From Octopus bimaculoides (taxonomy: Eukaryota): 61,530 nucleotides of DNA. This document shows positions 12,061 to 26,200 of the stretch, piece after piece; within the stretch, counting starts at the first letter, position 1; every line of letters begins with the position of its first letter. The DNA lies in contig NC_068998.1 in NCBI RefSeq assembly GCF_001194135.2, positions 27,570,180 to 27,631,709 on the forward strand, read 5' to 3'. The position numbers and the translations under genes were made by a program. The notes under the pieces are model-generated. The model did not search any database and was not told the origin of the DNA. It was given only the letters and a program-made list of their open reading frames with translations.

Positions 12061-12692
12061 AGCAGTATGTCAAAATTAAGCATTGTATCTTAATTTTGGA
12101 AAGAAAAAAAAAAACAGTATGAAACAAAATCTACGAGATTCTTTTCAGAACAGTTCAAATCAGGCAACCCTTATGTATGGCATGTTAGTATTGACAGAAA
12201 AAAAAAATACTACTATGATTGTTTATGCAGATAAATTGATCCAACGGAACTATAGATCACTGCATGAACTTGTGGTAGAAGTTTACTTGGAGATGGATTA
12301 TTTGGTCGGGCTGTGTGCTGCTCCCAAATAAAACAATCACAATATTTAAATTTCATTAACAGATTAATGTTATTATTGTCACTTTACAAAAATCTGTTAT
12401 TCTGAATATCTGTAGCTAATGTGTGAGAATGTATGCTTCTTGAGAGGAGGAAATATTCTATTTTCGTACTTGGCGTGAGGTAGTCTTTTTATTCAAGGTC
12501 GGAGCGGCGCAGCTGCCAGCTAACCAACAAAACCTACAAATCCTCTTGCCTGTTTTTCTCGCGCATCTCGATTTATAAGCATGATTTGGTGCGAAACTAC
12601 ATGGAATTTTTCATTTATCTTAAGACCACACAAATACATCAAAACAGTTATTGGCTGAAATATGGGACAAATTCACTGGATCTATCCATCTC

Positions 12693-13365
12693 ACAGATTT
12701 TTTTATTAATTTTTTTTAACTAAACAGTTTGAAATTTCGAATACTGGTAGAATTTCTTTCTTCAGCTGAATACACGTCGTTGATTGGTTAAAATTACCTG
12801 TAGGAAGTGAGGTTGGCACTGGATGGGTGCCACACAATTCCTTACATAAACGTGGAAGGAAAATAGCGGAACAAGAATATCCGAACAAATAACAATATTT
12901 ATTTTCCGTCTGTACAAGCGTTACACCTTGGGTCAATCAGTAGCCAGGTCGTCTTGGTGTGGAAATAGCAGAGTCTGTTTAATCACAATTGTGAAGGCAT
13001 TCTTCACAGGTTAGCCAACGTCGCGTAACACCTTCAGATCTCCAGCTGCACGGAGCTGGTCAAGATTGCGTGCGTCTAGCCGGCAGCAGGGACGAAGAGA
13101 GAGAATAGCGGCTGATGATGACTGCCCATGCCCATAAGGGGCTTCCGGAAGGATCTAATCCCTGCGCATGCATGGATGAAAATCCAAAAATGGTGACTGG
13201 AACCAGACGTCACTACATACCCAAATACAACTTTAACACGAAATAACTTCTAAAATACAAAATTTGGTCAAAAACGTTCAGAGTAAACCGTGTCCTACGT
13301 GAAAAATTCTACCAGTATTCGAAGTTTCAAACTGTTTAGTTAAAAAAATAAATTTAAAAATCTGA
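12693..13365. mobile_element. MITE with ~65-bp TIRs, interrupted by the solo LTR
   Basis: 12693-12756 is the reverse complement of ~13305-13365; a related partial copy lies at 15590-15780. Confidence 0.75.
12799..13217 (-). mobile_element. Solo LTR (419 bp, TGTAG...CTACA termini, TACC 4-bp TSD) inserted in a MITE
   Basis: TACC at 12795-98 and 13218-21; flanks rejoin into the MITE seen intact at ~15590-15780; minus-strand AATAAA ~100 nt from the 3' end. Confidence 0.75.
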
Positions 13366-13784
13366 TGACATGGAATAGATCCAATTCACTTGATAAGGAC
13401 AGTAGCCGTCGCCACCAAATTTGGAAACTTGATATGATATTTTATGGCCTTTTTCCGTTACTGGACTGACAGGGTTTCGAATGCTGAGTTCTGCTACAAA
13501 ATGAAAGAACAACTTGATACAAAAACTTGAGGCTCAAGAGGCAGTGAAAAAGGGGAAATCTGGCAAAATTACCTGAACAAGCAGCAAGAAAATACCTCCA
13601 TTATTCATCTACCGTTTGTTATTGGTTTTATAAACAATTTACAGTCCTGTATGTTTACAATGACATCCTTGAAAGGTTCTCAAACAGCTGAACTTGAAAG
13701 TATATGTAAATCCTAAGTGAAATACGTTCTTGATAAAGGTTGTTGTTATGCTGAAATACAGCCTAGTTATGGAGAAGCTGCAAT

Positions 13785-13787
<3 letters not shown>

Positions 13788-13834
<47 letters not shown>
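13788..13834. repeat. (CT)n microsatellite
   Basis: Direct observation. Confidence 0.95.
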
Positions 13835-13839
<5 letters not shown>

Positions 13840-14282
13840 GGCGTTTAAGCTCCCTACCCTCTTTAATGAATGTATTCAGAGACCATGGAGGATCATGGTT
13901 GTAGCACCGTCCAAAGTTTACGCCCATTACTGACCTGTTCCCTACCCATTTCTTTTAGTGCTGTTGAATGTGAGTTGGAGGAGAGTTAGTCACATAAACT
14001 TGATAATAACAACCGCATGTTCAATAGGTTTCGTAAATTATATATCAATTCTGACGTTTGTTTAAATACACGGACCTCTTCCAGTTCAGTGAAAATTTGA
14101 ACCAGATGTGACTTTGCTGGAGAACCACAGATCACCAGATGACATCAGGACAAGACCTGCTTCAGACTCTGGAACACAAATTACGCATAACACTTCGTGG
14201 GAATTGTAGTATCCTCATTACTGGAACTTATGAAGTAGGTATTTAGTTATAAATGGTAAAATACATGATTAGTCTTTTTCTT

Positions 14283-14660
14283 TCCTTACTTACTCTTTTA
14301 CTTGTTTCATTTGACTGTGGCCATGCTGGAACACCGCCTTTAGTCGAAGAAATCGACCCCAGGACTTATTCTTTGTAAGCCTAGTACTTATTCTATCGGT
14401 CTCTTTTGCCGAACCGCTAAGTTACGGAGACGTAAACACACCAGCATCGGTTGTCAAGCGATGTTGGGGGGGGGGGACAAACACATACACACACACACAC
14501 ATATATATGGTAGTTTCCGTCTACCAAATCCACTCACAAGGCTTTGGTCGGCCCCAGGCTATAGTAGAAGACACTTGCCCAAGGTGCCACGCAGTGGGAC
14601 TGAACCCGGAACCATGTGGTTCGTAAGCAAGCTACTTACCACACAGCCACTTCTACGCCT
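14283..14660 (-). mobile_element. tRNA-derived SINE, near full length (cephalopod SINE family; exact family name not assigned)
   Basis: Head with A-box-like TGGCTGTGTGG and B-box-like GGTTCAGTCCC; more than 12 copies in the window. Confidence 0.85.
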
Positions 14661-17600
14661 GATAATTATAGTGCGTGCGAGTAACTGTGCAATACGTCGT
14701 CATAGTATACATGTTTATATCCTTAATACACTAAAACATAGTGATAGGATATAATCTCACTAACGTCTTAACTACCAGTGACAGCTGGGTGTGACTCATT
14801 CAGTTAAAAGGGAAGTAGGAAATGTAAAGCATGCTGTCGACTCCAACACCTAAAATCAGCAGCTCTGTAAATGTTGGTGATGTAGTATAACTTATTTTAT
14901 GAAACTGACTGTCATGTAAGCTTAGTGGCAAACATAGAAGATGGTTTTCACAATGACATTTCATTTCAATAATAATTTTATATATAAGTCCAAGGCCAGA
15001 AAATCTGGAGTATGGCTGGGTTTCATCGTTTAAATTGACCCCAATATTTTGGTAATTTATTTTATCAACCTTGAAAGGATAAAAGACCAAGTTGATCTCG
15101 GCAAGATTTCGACTTAGAAAAATAAGGAGCTGAAACAAATAATACTACGAAACATTTTGACCTACATTTCGATTCTGCCACTCCATCGAATAGAATGTGC
15201 TCAATACTCATTTGTCTACAAAACAATGCAAAAGAGTTCAAAATTAATTGTATTATAAATCAAGAGCTAGGGTTGGTGGTTTCGACTAACCCACCCACTC
15301 AAAACTACTGACCTTGTACCTAAATTAGAAACAAGCATAACAGCTTGTAGCTTTATATGGTATAAATCAAACATTTTTCTCACAAAGCCAATGTACATAT
15401 GACAATTGATGTGATGACAAACATAACAAGTTCCGCCAATAAACCGTAATTTAAATAATTGTCAACACATACACCAGTGGTTCTCAATCTTTTCACTACC
15501 AAGGACCCCTTTTATTTAAATGAGTTTTCCCACGGACCTCAGGATATTGAAATGTCTTTTCAATCTGACCAACAAATTTTTTAATTAATTTTTTAAGACT
15601 AAACATTTTGAAACTTCCGATACTGGTAGAATGTCTCATAGAACAGGGTTAACTCTTAACGTTTTTGACAAAATTTTGTATTTTAGAAGTTATTTCGTGT
15701 TAAAGTTGTCGTATTTGGGTAATTTGAACCAAACAAAGACGTGTATTCAACTGAAGAAAATTACTGCTGCTGTTTGCGAACAACAAATTCCGGGTCCACT
15801 CCCCTAACAAAACCCTTCTTTAATAACCAGATTTTTTTATAGCAACACAAGTTTGGTGTATCAGGGTTGATTTGAGGGTAAATAACAACAAAATTATTAC
15901 TGAGACAGACCATCGATGGAGCCTGTATGTGGTTGCATGACCTGCTAGAAAGTAGCCAAACTTTTTTTGATATACAGACTAGAAAAACCTCTATTCCGTG
16001 ATATACACGTAGACTCCATTATGTCTGGGAAGAAAGACGGAATGGTCACAGTTAGGACGTCTTTGAGCATATCTGTTCAATCAGATCCAACTCGGGACTA
16101 AACAACAAGTGACAAAGGGGACGAGACGAGGCAACGAGAGAGCCTTTACCTGGTCGCTCGAGTTACTAGAAAGAGCAACCAAATCTTCCTGACAAAAAGA
16201 AAAATTTAATTTAATTTCCGTCTTCAAGGAAAAAATAATGCAAGTTTTTATTATTTTATAATGTTCGCTTAGGAATTCATTACTTCTACAAAAGAATAAG
16301 GCAAAATGGTCATGACTGGAACGCCTTTTCTCACAGTTCCATTACAATCAGAGCTATCATGTGATTAAAGCAATATTCTTCACTGAAGCAGCTAAAGTTA
16401 AAGAAAAGTTGAAAGAGTAAAAGATAGCAAGTATCCATATTCCAAATATTGGGATTTCCTTCTGTATATTTTATGTAAATAAATGGTTTCATCGAAAACA
16501 GTAAATGGAATTGGTTTTAATAAAGGTAACAACACACAACATAATCAAATGACCAATCTGACCAGCCTCTCAAGTATCATAATTCAATCTTTATAAATTA
16601 TTACTCCGTTAGTTATGTATAAGTGATTACAGAATTGATACTATCGAAATGTAGGGATTTAAACGCTGAAACTATTGAGGAATTTACCAGGTCATCGATA
16701 GCATTGGAAAATGATACCATGCAACGAACAGTAGCTAAAAATGATTTAGGAAAGCTGGTAATTAGTGGAAGTGCAATTATCAAATTATATTGATTATATA
16801 TTTCTTCTATGATTGAAGGTATGTCATTTCTAAAGTGCATTTCATTTGTCTGAATATTTCCTGCTGGATGACGGTCTTGCCATTGAAGATTTTTAGAAGA
16901 GGTTTGAATCCAGTAGCAATAGCGAGGTTGCCGCATCTTTGGACAAAATATCTAGCTTTATTGAGGGTATCGTCTTAAAGCCAGAGCTTGTTTTATTCGT
17001 AATATATTGACTCAGCTGAATGTATAAAGCTGAGTACCGATCAGAGTTATGTATCAGCCAGTTTTATAATAGAAAGTTTCTATTAAAAGCAACTGCAATG
17101 TTTTTAGAAAAACCAGAAGTCAATTCTTTCTCCTGACCAATCCGCGAACAAACTTGTATGTTTAGCGTTATTAAATATTCGTTCATCCTTTTCAAACTCA
17201 GCATCATTTTTTTTTTGTTTCTTGAAATTGTTTTTTTAACCCATCATGCCTTTGGATAGCTGTGTCTGGTTTAAGCATTGGTTTCCGTATTGAATGCATA
17301 GGAAACATGGTTAACAAAGCCCAAACACGTGCGTATATTAGTAAGAGAGTTAGATGAAAGGAAATTCATAATTGCTTGTAAATATCTGCTACATAAAAAG
17401 GCATTGTTTAGTGTTATTTAAAAATCCGGAAACTCCACTTCGTCTGCAGTAAGTACTTAGTGTTAAGTGCTATACCACATTCGACACATGCATCAAGCTT
17501 AGAAAGAAACTTTTCACTGAGTTATCGGTTCAGATAATGGAATCGTCAAGGCATTTGTTTTTTTAGATACTTCCTAGACTACCTTACTGAAGCACCTCAA

Positions 17601-18559
17601 ATATCCATCACCAGAAACACTATAACCTTATGTTTCTCATAAGCGGTATTTATATTGCTGAGTTATCAATATAGTGAACTGTCTGTCTTCTTGAGGGAAA
17701 AGAGACATGATTCCTGTTCTGGGCATCACATACAGTTTTTTCTCCATATGGTTTATATCGTGAGGGAATGGAGATTTTAGAAAAGAAATTTTAGAAAAGA
17801 AATTCCAGGTGTGGAAGCAATTCCTAGAATCCAAATCCATCACATAGTTGATAGGAAGGGCATCAAGTTGCAGAAAAGAAGCCAAATACGAAAGATGCAT
17901 ACCAGATGTGGTCTGCCAACACATCCAGGTGAGCAATAACCCTAACTATACACTGAGCCCAACTGACATGGCCCATCCAACCAATACTGGCATGAAAAGC
18001 ACATGAGAGGAGAGAAGCTAGGATGGATGCATAGATGTGAAAAGCTGTGCCGTCATCATCAAGACTAAATAATCCTTGCAGTTATATGTTGTCTCCCTTT
18101 TGTTTGGCAATCTTTTTACAGAGCATATAACATAAACGCTGAGATCTTACATTTCGGCTTCCCAAGTTTTTCAACAAAAATGCTCTTACAATGACATCAG
18201 AATATCTGTTCACCAATAAGAATAACTTCGATTGCACCAAGCTGGATATCTTACGGTAGCCTAGCTTTTACTTCTCCGTCAGGAAAGTAAGATACGGATA
18301 TAAGTATGATAGGAAGTACGCTTGGCTTCACAGTTGATTATGATCGCTAAAGAGGAAGCATTCGTTAAGTAGAGGGGTTGGTGTTTGGAGGTGCTGGTTT
18401 TGTACAAATTTTGAAATGTTTTCTCTTTTTTGTCTATTGCTGGAAAAGACAGACATTATGATGAATGTGTACGTTTTGGGCAATAGCAGTACTGTCTATG
18501 TCTACTACTACTACTACTAGTAGTAGTAGCAGCAAAAATAATGACATCAATTTCATCCC

Positions 18560-19650
18560 TAAATGGAAGGGAAAGATGAGATTATTCCAAGATTAATAAA
18601 TGTTTTACGATGTTCTTTTTAACTTGCTGGATTTGAAGGAAGGGGAAGTGTCCATGGCCTTTGCATACCCTCTTATATCGGTGAGACTGATGCCATTAAT
18701 GTTCCTCCTGAACTTTATAAGTCGGAAAGATATGTTCTGAGAATGTAGGACTGGGCATAATGATTAATGCGAAGCCCGAGGAGGAGCGGGGTGGGGCAAT
18801 AAGGGTGAAGAAAAGAGGAAAAGCTAAGACGAGAATGGCATGAATCCCACCAGTTCCGAAGAGTATATACCATTATAACAACAACAGAAAAGCAGAGCGA
18901 GGAGAGAGCACGTCTGGGCCAGAGGCTGGAGTGTGTCTGTGATGTTAATGACGTAGTTTGGCGAGTTTTTATCCAATTACCAGTTTTGTTCTTCTAGAAA
19001 GATTTTAGCTCTGGAATCCATGATTCCATTTTGAATTGCTGCATGTATTTTTGGCTTCACGAGGATCAAATAATGTTTTAGTAAATCAAGCCGATGGAAT
19101 TAGCGTGACAAGAACTAAACAACTTTGACAGCAAGTATCAGCTATTGCTTGTTTATGTATGATGATAGTATGGAGGCTACTTTATCCGCAGCTTTTTGCG
19201 ATATCCATAATTCGAAGAAAGCATAGAAATCATCATATCGACTGCTGTTTTGTAAAGTTATGGCTTGATTTTCTGCATAGAACAACTCCAAGATTGTCTA
19301 TCCAACGAGGCGAAAAAGAATGGGAGTGCTGGATTCTAGTATAATACAATGTTGAATAAAATGTTTTAGAACCAAGAAACCAACAGCGTGAGGAATCCAA
19401 GAAAACGGGAATTTGATGTTTAGAACGAGAAGAAGCTTGGCAGGCCAAAGCACAGGAGGAACTGAAAAAAAGTAGGTGTGATTGGAAGAGCTGGTCTAAA
19501 TATATGAAGATAAGTTTGGTTGGAGTGTTAGAACCGAAGTTGTCAGCTTCATAGATCTGAAGTAGATGCTGGAAGAGTGTGGCGTGCAATGAGGTTGGTG
19601 GTTGATGTTCCAGAAACACTAGAATCAATCTTTAGTAATTTCCTCTAGGT
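18560..19650 (-). mobile_element. Heavily decayed CR1/L2-group LINE (endonuclease to RT N-terminal region)
   Basis: Broken frames resemble IYRP-, W-LGS-, ..ADKVASILSSYI.. and ISLTDI....KAMDTS segments; low identity. Confidence 0.45.
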
Positions 19651-20291
19651 TCTGGAGATAAAATTCTGCCGAGTTTAACTTTGACTTTATTGATTTCCTA
19701 CACGCAGATAATAAAATAAGCAACAATTGTTTAGCCCACGGTTAGCTCTGATTGAGTAGACCTATAATCAAACACATTCCAGTCCTGACCATTCGTTTTT
19801 TTAACCCCTCAAACATTTAGAACTTTCAGTTTTAAAACGGTAGAATACAATTTGAGGGAGCTTGGTTGCCATGTCTAGCAGTTCGAGCAACCACAAATAT
19901 GCTCTCAGTTTGAATAACTAATCAGTGAAGTACATGAATGAATTTAATCGTCGTATTCACCAATCAAAACTGGTGGTCACAATCATTGTTAGGAGTTGCT
20001 TTTATTTATTTATCTTTTTTATTTATTTATTTATGTTTCGTTACGCTTTGAGTTAAAATTCAACCGAAATTCAGGCGATTCGGTCGGCTATATTTCTCAT
20101 TTGTAAACTTATAGTTTGAAGCCAATATTGAAAATTAAGTCCTCTTACACAAGTTTGACAAATAAAAAATACGAAAGTGTGGCTGAAGAGAAAAAAACCA
20201 TATGCAACAGCATGTGTTACAGAATATTTCCCGCCATTCTAGAGCTGTAAACAAGGTGGATTTCAAAGAAAACTCGCTTTGTGCATACATC

Positions 20292-20349
20292 ATGCCTGGA
20301 TTATTTGATTACGTTAACCAACCACTTCAAATAATACAAAAATTGTTCG
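20292..20349 (+). CDS. MCMBP: MCMBP exon 1 ([19 protein letters not shown])
   Basis: ATG at 20292, 58 nt, donor G|gtaagt; resembles vertebrate N-terminus MPCGEDWLSHPLGIVQGFF. Confidence 0.88.
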
Positions 20350-23195
20350 GTAAGTAACAGCATGTCTTATTTACAGATGGTATTATGGAAAATCTGACTA
20401 AATATTTTCATAGTATGTAATATTATTTCTTATAGTAAAATTTTAAGAAAACGGAGAATTGAAGCGATGAAATATACATAGTTCATAAGTGCCAACACAC
20501 GAAACTCTCGGCCCTTCAGTCAATCTGTTACTTCTGCTAAATATTAATGATAAAAATATAGGTGGACATTGGAATTAGACACTGAGGGAAAATGGCTGTA
20601 ANNNNNNNNNNCCACCACGAAACTTGATATGCTAGAAATAACAGCTAAACGCGGACAATCCTAAATCTATTCACAAGGCATTCGTTGTCCTGAGGCGATT
20701 TGCTTGAGGTGCTGCACAGTGGGATCGAATCCCAAACTGCATGGTCATAAAGCATTCTTCTTTATCACAAAGTCATTCCGGGTCAGGCCAAAATCCATTG
20801 GTACCGATACAATTATAAAACTGAAGAATGTTTTTCTATCCTATAATAATTCAAGACTGTTCAATCAAAGAATTAAAGTGTTCTGTTGAAAAAATAGCTG
20901 AGCCTAAAGAAAGTATTATCTTCCCTGACAAAGTTAAATTCTTTGGTCTTAATGCAAAAAGCAGGGGAACCAGCTAATGAATTTCTGAAGGTTCTAATAT
21001 CCAAATATTTTACACTTGTAGTAAATGATTTGATTCTTGGAAAGTTAAATGAGCAACTCAGTAAATCAAATTAAAATTTACAGCCATTGGCCTTTTATAT
21101 CATTTAACCCATTAGCACTCAGATTATTAAATGCTTATTTATTCACATTGTTTTGAATTAATCTTGCATTATCTTGCAGTTTTGAGATTTTGATGGTGTC
21201 ATTGTTTATTTTTAGAATGACACTGTACAGTACATGTGAGAGGACAGATCTGGCTGGTTTGAACATAAAACATGCAGAATATTTGGGCCGGAATTGGCTG
21301 GTTTAAATGCCAAAGGGTTAAGTTTTGTCTTATGAACAAAAAGAAATCCTTTGCAGCAAATTGGAGCCATGTCAACATATGCACATCAAAATCATTGTAT
21401 TAAACTAAGTTTGTCTGTAATATTAATGTTAAATGCTATGAATTCTTAAAAAGTCTGCTGATGAGAAAGTAACTTTGAATATTAGTTAGACAACAAATGA
21501 TGATTTACATTGGGTTAATTGTAAGTTGAAATGCTGATTCTGGTGCAGCATGTTCCATGATTTTGGTTTCACTATTAACAAAGTTATCATTAATCATTTA
21601 AAAGCCTTTAGCATTTGAACCAGCCATATCCAGCCAAAATATTCTACCTGTCTTGTACTCAAACTGGCCAGATCTGGCCTCTCACACCTACCCTATAATT
21701 TCACTCTGCATATAAAAAAATCACATTATCAAAATTTCAAATCTATGAGATAATGCATGATTAATTTAAAACAAAGTGAAAAAAACAAGCGTTCCATTTG
21801 ACAAAGTAACCTGGATACTAAAGGGTTAACCAAATGATTAAACATTTACACATTTTATGATCATTCAAAACTAGAGGTGGTTAGTACAACTTTGCTTGAC
21901 TTTACAGTACTTCAACTTTGTTGTTAATAGCGCAAACACTCTGAAAGATACATCATATTGCTGTTTCCAATTATTTACATCTGAAAAAAGTTATAACACC
22001 AAAATTTCAGTAATCCTTTTGGTACCAGACTGCCCCTGGCTCTATCATAAAGACTTCCCATTTTAAAGTGGTCTAAATTAAAGTCTTGTGTCTAAATTTC
22101 ATACTAATTTATGTTCCCAACTTGAGTTTAATAATGACAAATTATTGTAATAAATTCTTCACTATTTGAAAATTAATTGAAACAAAATTAATGTATTTCA
22201 GATAACAAAAGAGTTAAAAATAAAATTTGCTCAGTGTATGCAGTCTCGGTATACATAAAATAGGAGACTGAAAATGAACTTCACAATCTTCAAGTTATGA
22301 GAATTATAACTGTATGAAGATGTCAACATTGCTCTGGTCCAAATGCTTACAATAGAATATATTCTGCTTTAGCATTTAGATTACTCCATCAAATATAATG
22401 CTTATTTATTTATGCTTTTGAATTAATCATGTATTGTAGCTTAAAGATTTCCTTGATGAGGTGATTGTGTGTTTTAGGATGAAAATTGTTGGATGTAAGA
22501 GGCCAGATTTGGTCAGTTTGAACAAAATACATGTAAAATATTTGGGCCAGATCTAGCCAATTTCAATGCTAAAGGGCTAACTGAGTGGTTAATCGACTTA
22601 AGTAAAGTTGTAAAGAAAGTGTTGTATAGCTATAACTTGAAGATATTTAAAAAGAATGAGTAGACAGCCATTTCATAAATATTTATCCTTCCACAAGCTA
22701 ACCACCTCTGTCTTACAAGCCATATCCAAATAATCATTGTACATTTGTCTCTTTAACTTTTGCTTGCATGAAAAGTACTTCTAAATTTTGAATGCTTTTT
22801 TTTTTTTTACCTATTATTTCCCAAAATACTTTCAGATCAACAAGGTTCATTGAAGCCAGAATCAGTTTCAGACTATTTTAGGAAAGAACTAGAAAAGCCA
22901 TCACTTGCAGCACAAGTGAGTTTTTTCTTTCATTCTTTCTTGTGTTTTATGAATTTATTTTAAAAATTTCCTCAGTCACGGAAGGATTGCTGCTGGAGAT
23001 TATAGTTTCTAATTAATCATTGAGTAGAGAAGGAAGAATATTTATGGTTGTGTGGTAAGAATTTTAGCTTTCCAACCACTTGATCCAATGTTCAGTCCCA
23101 CTGCTTGGCACCTTGGATAAGTGTCTTCTATTATAGTCACAGCCCAACTAAAGCCTTATGAGTGGATTTGGTTGGCAGAAATTGAAAAGAAGCCC

Positions 23196-23234
<39 letters not shown>

Positions 23235-26200
23235 GTCTCCTTGCCTGAGCATCATGTGTTGTAAGCAAGAGTCCCCATCATGCAAGTAGTATCCTTCCAA
23301 TCTTTCATGAAAACATGTCTGGTTATGGAGACACGCTTATTTATTCACATTGTTTTGATTTAATCATATATTATCTGATAAAGTTACTTCCCTTGAGTAA
23401 AAAATAGCCGTCCCAGTTAAAGTTGCCATTTCTTAGTAGCTATTCTTGACTTAATCTTATATTGACAACTAAAGAAATAAGAAAAATAATTTGTATGAAA
23501 AATTAGGATTGAAGCCAAAAATTATTGAAACAGTTTAAACTGTTATCTTTTATCTGTTTTGGTCATTAGACTGTGGCCTTGCTGGGGCACTGCCTTGAAG
23601 AACTTCCAGTCGAATCGACCCCAGTAATTTTTTGTGTGTAAAGCCTGGTACTTATTTTATCAGCCCAGCACTGGTCGTCAAGTGGTAGTGGGGGACAAAC
23701 ACTGATACATAGGCTCACACACACATAGTTATGGTATATTCGATTAAGAATGTAGTAGAGTTCAGTATAAAGTTCATCCACCTTCAGGTTGACCCCTGTG
23801 CTATCTAGTTGTAGTATTATACATACTTCCAGGTTTGTGTTTGGGCTTCTGTTGTGTGTGAATAGATAATTAAAAAAATTGGAGTCAACAAGGAGGATTA
23901 TGGTTGGACATTTATCTTCTAATCGCTACAATTGTTTCCACATAATGTAGTTCTCCAGGCATGCAGGTACTTGATTATGCAACCGTTTCCCCAGGTGATA
24001 TGTAAATATTGTCTCTATAAGTTCATATTCTCAGCTTCATAAACATCCTCTCTATCTGTCACTGAGTTTATCAGGGTGTGTTGTTGCTGAAGGGATGTTG
24101 GTAAATGTCCAACTGTACTCCTTATTGTTGACTCTAATTTGTTTCAATTATATATATGTACACACAATGGGTTTCTTTCAGTTTCTGTCTACCAAATCTA
24201 CTCACAAGGCTTTGGTCAGCCCAAGGTGCCATGTGGTTAGGAAGCAAGCTTCTTGCCACCTCTGCACCTATAAAATTTCTTTGTACAACAATGTGAACAT
24301 GGGATGTTTTGTTTTGTTTAGGTGAAATCTGTCAACTCCACAGCACTTCACGACCTGATTCCCAACTCTTTAGTGCGTTATCGATGTATGGTTCAAGATA
24401 TGTTTGATCCCGAATTTTACATGGGAACATACAAAATAAAGGACCCCTGCACAAAACAAACATTTGTTAAGTGTGGAATGTACCGTGATGTGGCAGAATG
24501 CAAGGTGAGTTTTAAAAAATTTTCTTTCGTTCATTCAGCAGAGACAATTTATAATGTATTGCCTAATATCATTATGTATAATTGCATGAAAGCCCCCACT
24601 TCTGAAGTTTCTGGCAATATGTTGAATAAGTTAGCACATTACATAACTTAATTTGAGTTCAAATCCTTCCAAGGTCATCTTTGTTTTTCTTTCCTCCAAG
24701 GTCAATAAAAGTACCAGTCAAATACTGAGGCTGTTGGTATCAAGTAACCCCCTCCCTTCAAAATTGCAGGCCTAGTTCATCATTATCATCATTATACATC
24801 GGTTTCCCATGCTGGTATGGGTTGGATGGTTTGATCGGACTTGGTAAGGCAGGAGCTGCACCAGGCTCTATTGTCTGTTCTGGCATGGTCCCTATAGCTG
24901 GATGCCCTTCCTAATGCCAACCACTCCACGGAGTGTACTGGGTGTTTTCATGCCAAACCAGCACTGGTATCAATTCTGCTGTGACAGACAAGTCTTCTTG
25001 AGTACAGCAAGGTGCTAGATATCTCAGTCCTTTGTCATCTCCTCTGTTAGAAACAGTTATTATGCAGCTTAAATCACTATAGAGTGTAGCGCTTACTAAA
25101 GATGTTTTGAGAAAGCCATATTGTAGATTCATGAAGCCTATATCACAAGAGAATATTTTAATGTGCCACAAAGAAACCTTTTGAGCTAAACTATTCTGCC
25201 AGTGTCATTCCTCTGTTTAAGAAAGGGTGACCGCATGTTACCTGTCAACTATAGTCCAGTCAGTCTTACTAGCTGTATTGCCAAACTAATGGAATCCTGT
25301 GTCAGAGAAACAGTCTGAAACATCTGGAATTCTCACAGAGTTACTCAGCTCTCGCAATTTGGATTTATCCCTATCTGCTGTGATCAACTTATCGAGTTTC
25401 TTGAAGACATCACCTGGGTCACTGATGGCGGCTCATGGGTGGATGTTGTTTACCTTGTCTTTACTAAAGCTTTTAATTCTGTGCCACACAAAAGACTTAT
25501 GGCAAAACTCTCTGCAATGGGTGTGAAAGATGATCTTTCTAACTGATTGGAGTCCTTCATTCTCAACTGAAAAGGACAGCATTCTTCACCCTATTAGATG
25601 TCATCTGGTGTACTGCAGGGATCTGTTCTTTGTCCCCTTTTGTTTGTTGTATACATTAATGACATAGATGCTAACTTAAAGAATGCCACAGTGCTGAAAT
25701 ATGCAGATGACATCAAGCTGTACCTTGAGATGAAAAGGACAGATCCTGAACACTATAGATCTTTCCTGCAATTTGACCTGGACACAATGTAACAATGGAT
25801 TACAGGCTGGCAACTCAAGCTGGCTGTGGACAAGTGTACCACCATGCATTTTGGGAGGAAAACCCCAGTGTCCACATACTCTCTCCACAACACTAATACC
25901 AAGAAGTCTTCTTGTGAACATGACCTGGGCATTAGTCAGCAGTGATTTGTGCTGGACAAAGCACATCTCTAAAACTGGCAAGAAGGCTGAGGGTGTTTTG
26001 GCATCACCCAGCAAGACCTTTGTCAGCTGCCCTCCAGCTATCGATTTAAGGCTGTATATGGTTATGGTGCAGCCACACTTGGAATTTGCATCACCAGTCT
26101 GGAACCCCTATTTTGCTCAGGACATTGACCTCCTGAAACTGTTCAGAGACGTGCAACCAAGCAAACACCCTCCATGCTCTGAACACCTTGCTTCCCTGGG

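Noticed and set aside
14283-14660. tRNA genes suggested by A/B-box motifs in many repeats
   Set aside because: They are SINE heads: they continue into a common SINE body and have no complete cloverleaf.
16613-16936. 107-aa minus-strand ORF
   Set aside because: No recognisable motif, splice context or promoter; cannot be distinguished from a chance ORF.
19233-19628. 131-aa minus-strand ORF as a gene
   Set aside because: Better explained as a frame-scrambled LINE endonuclease remnant.
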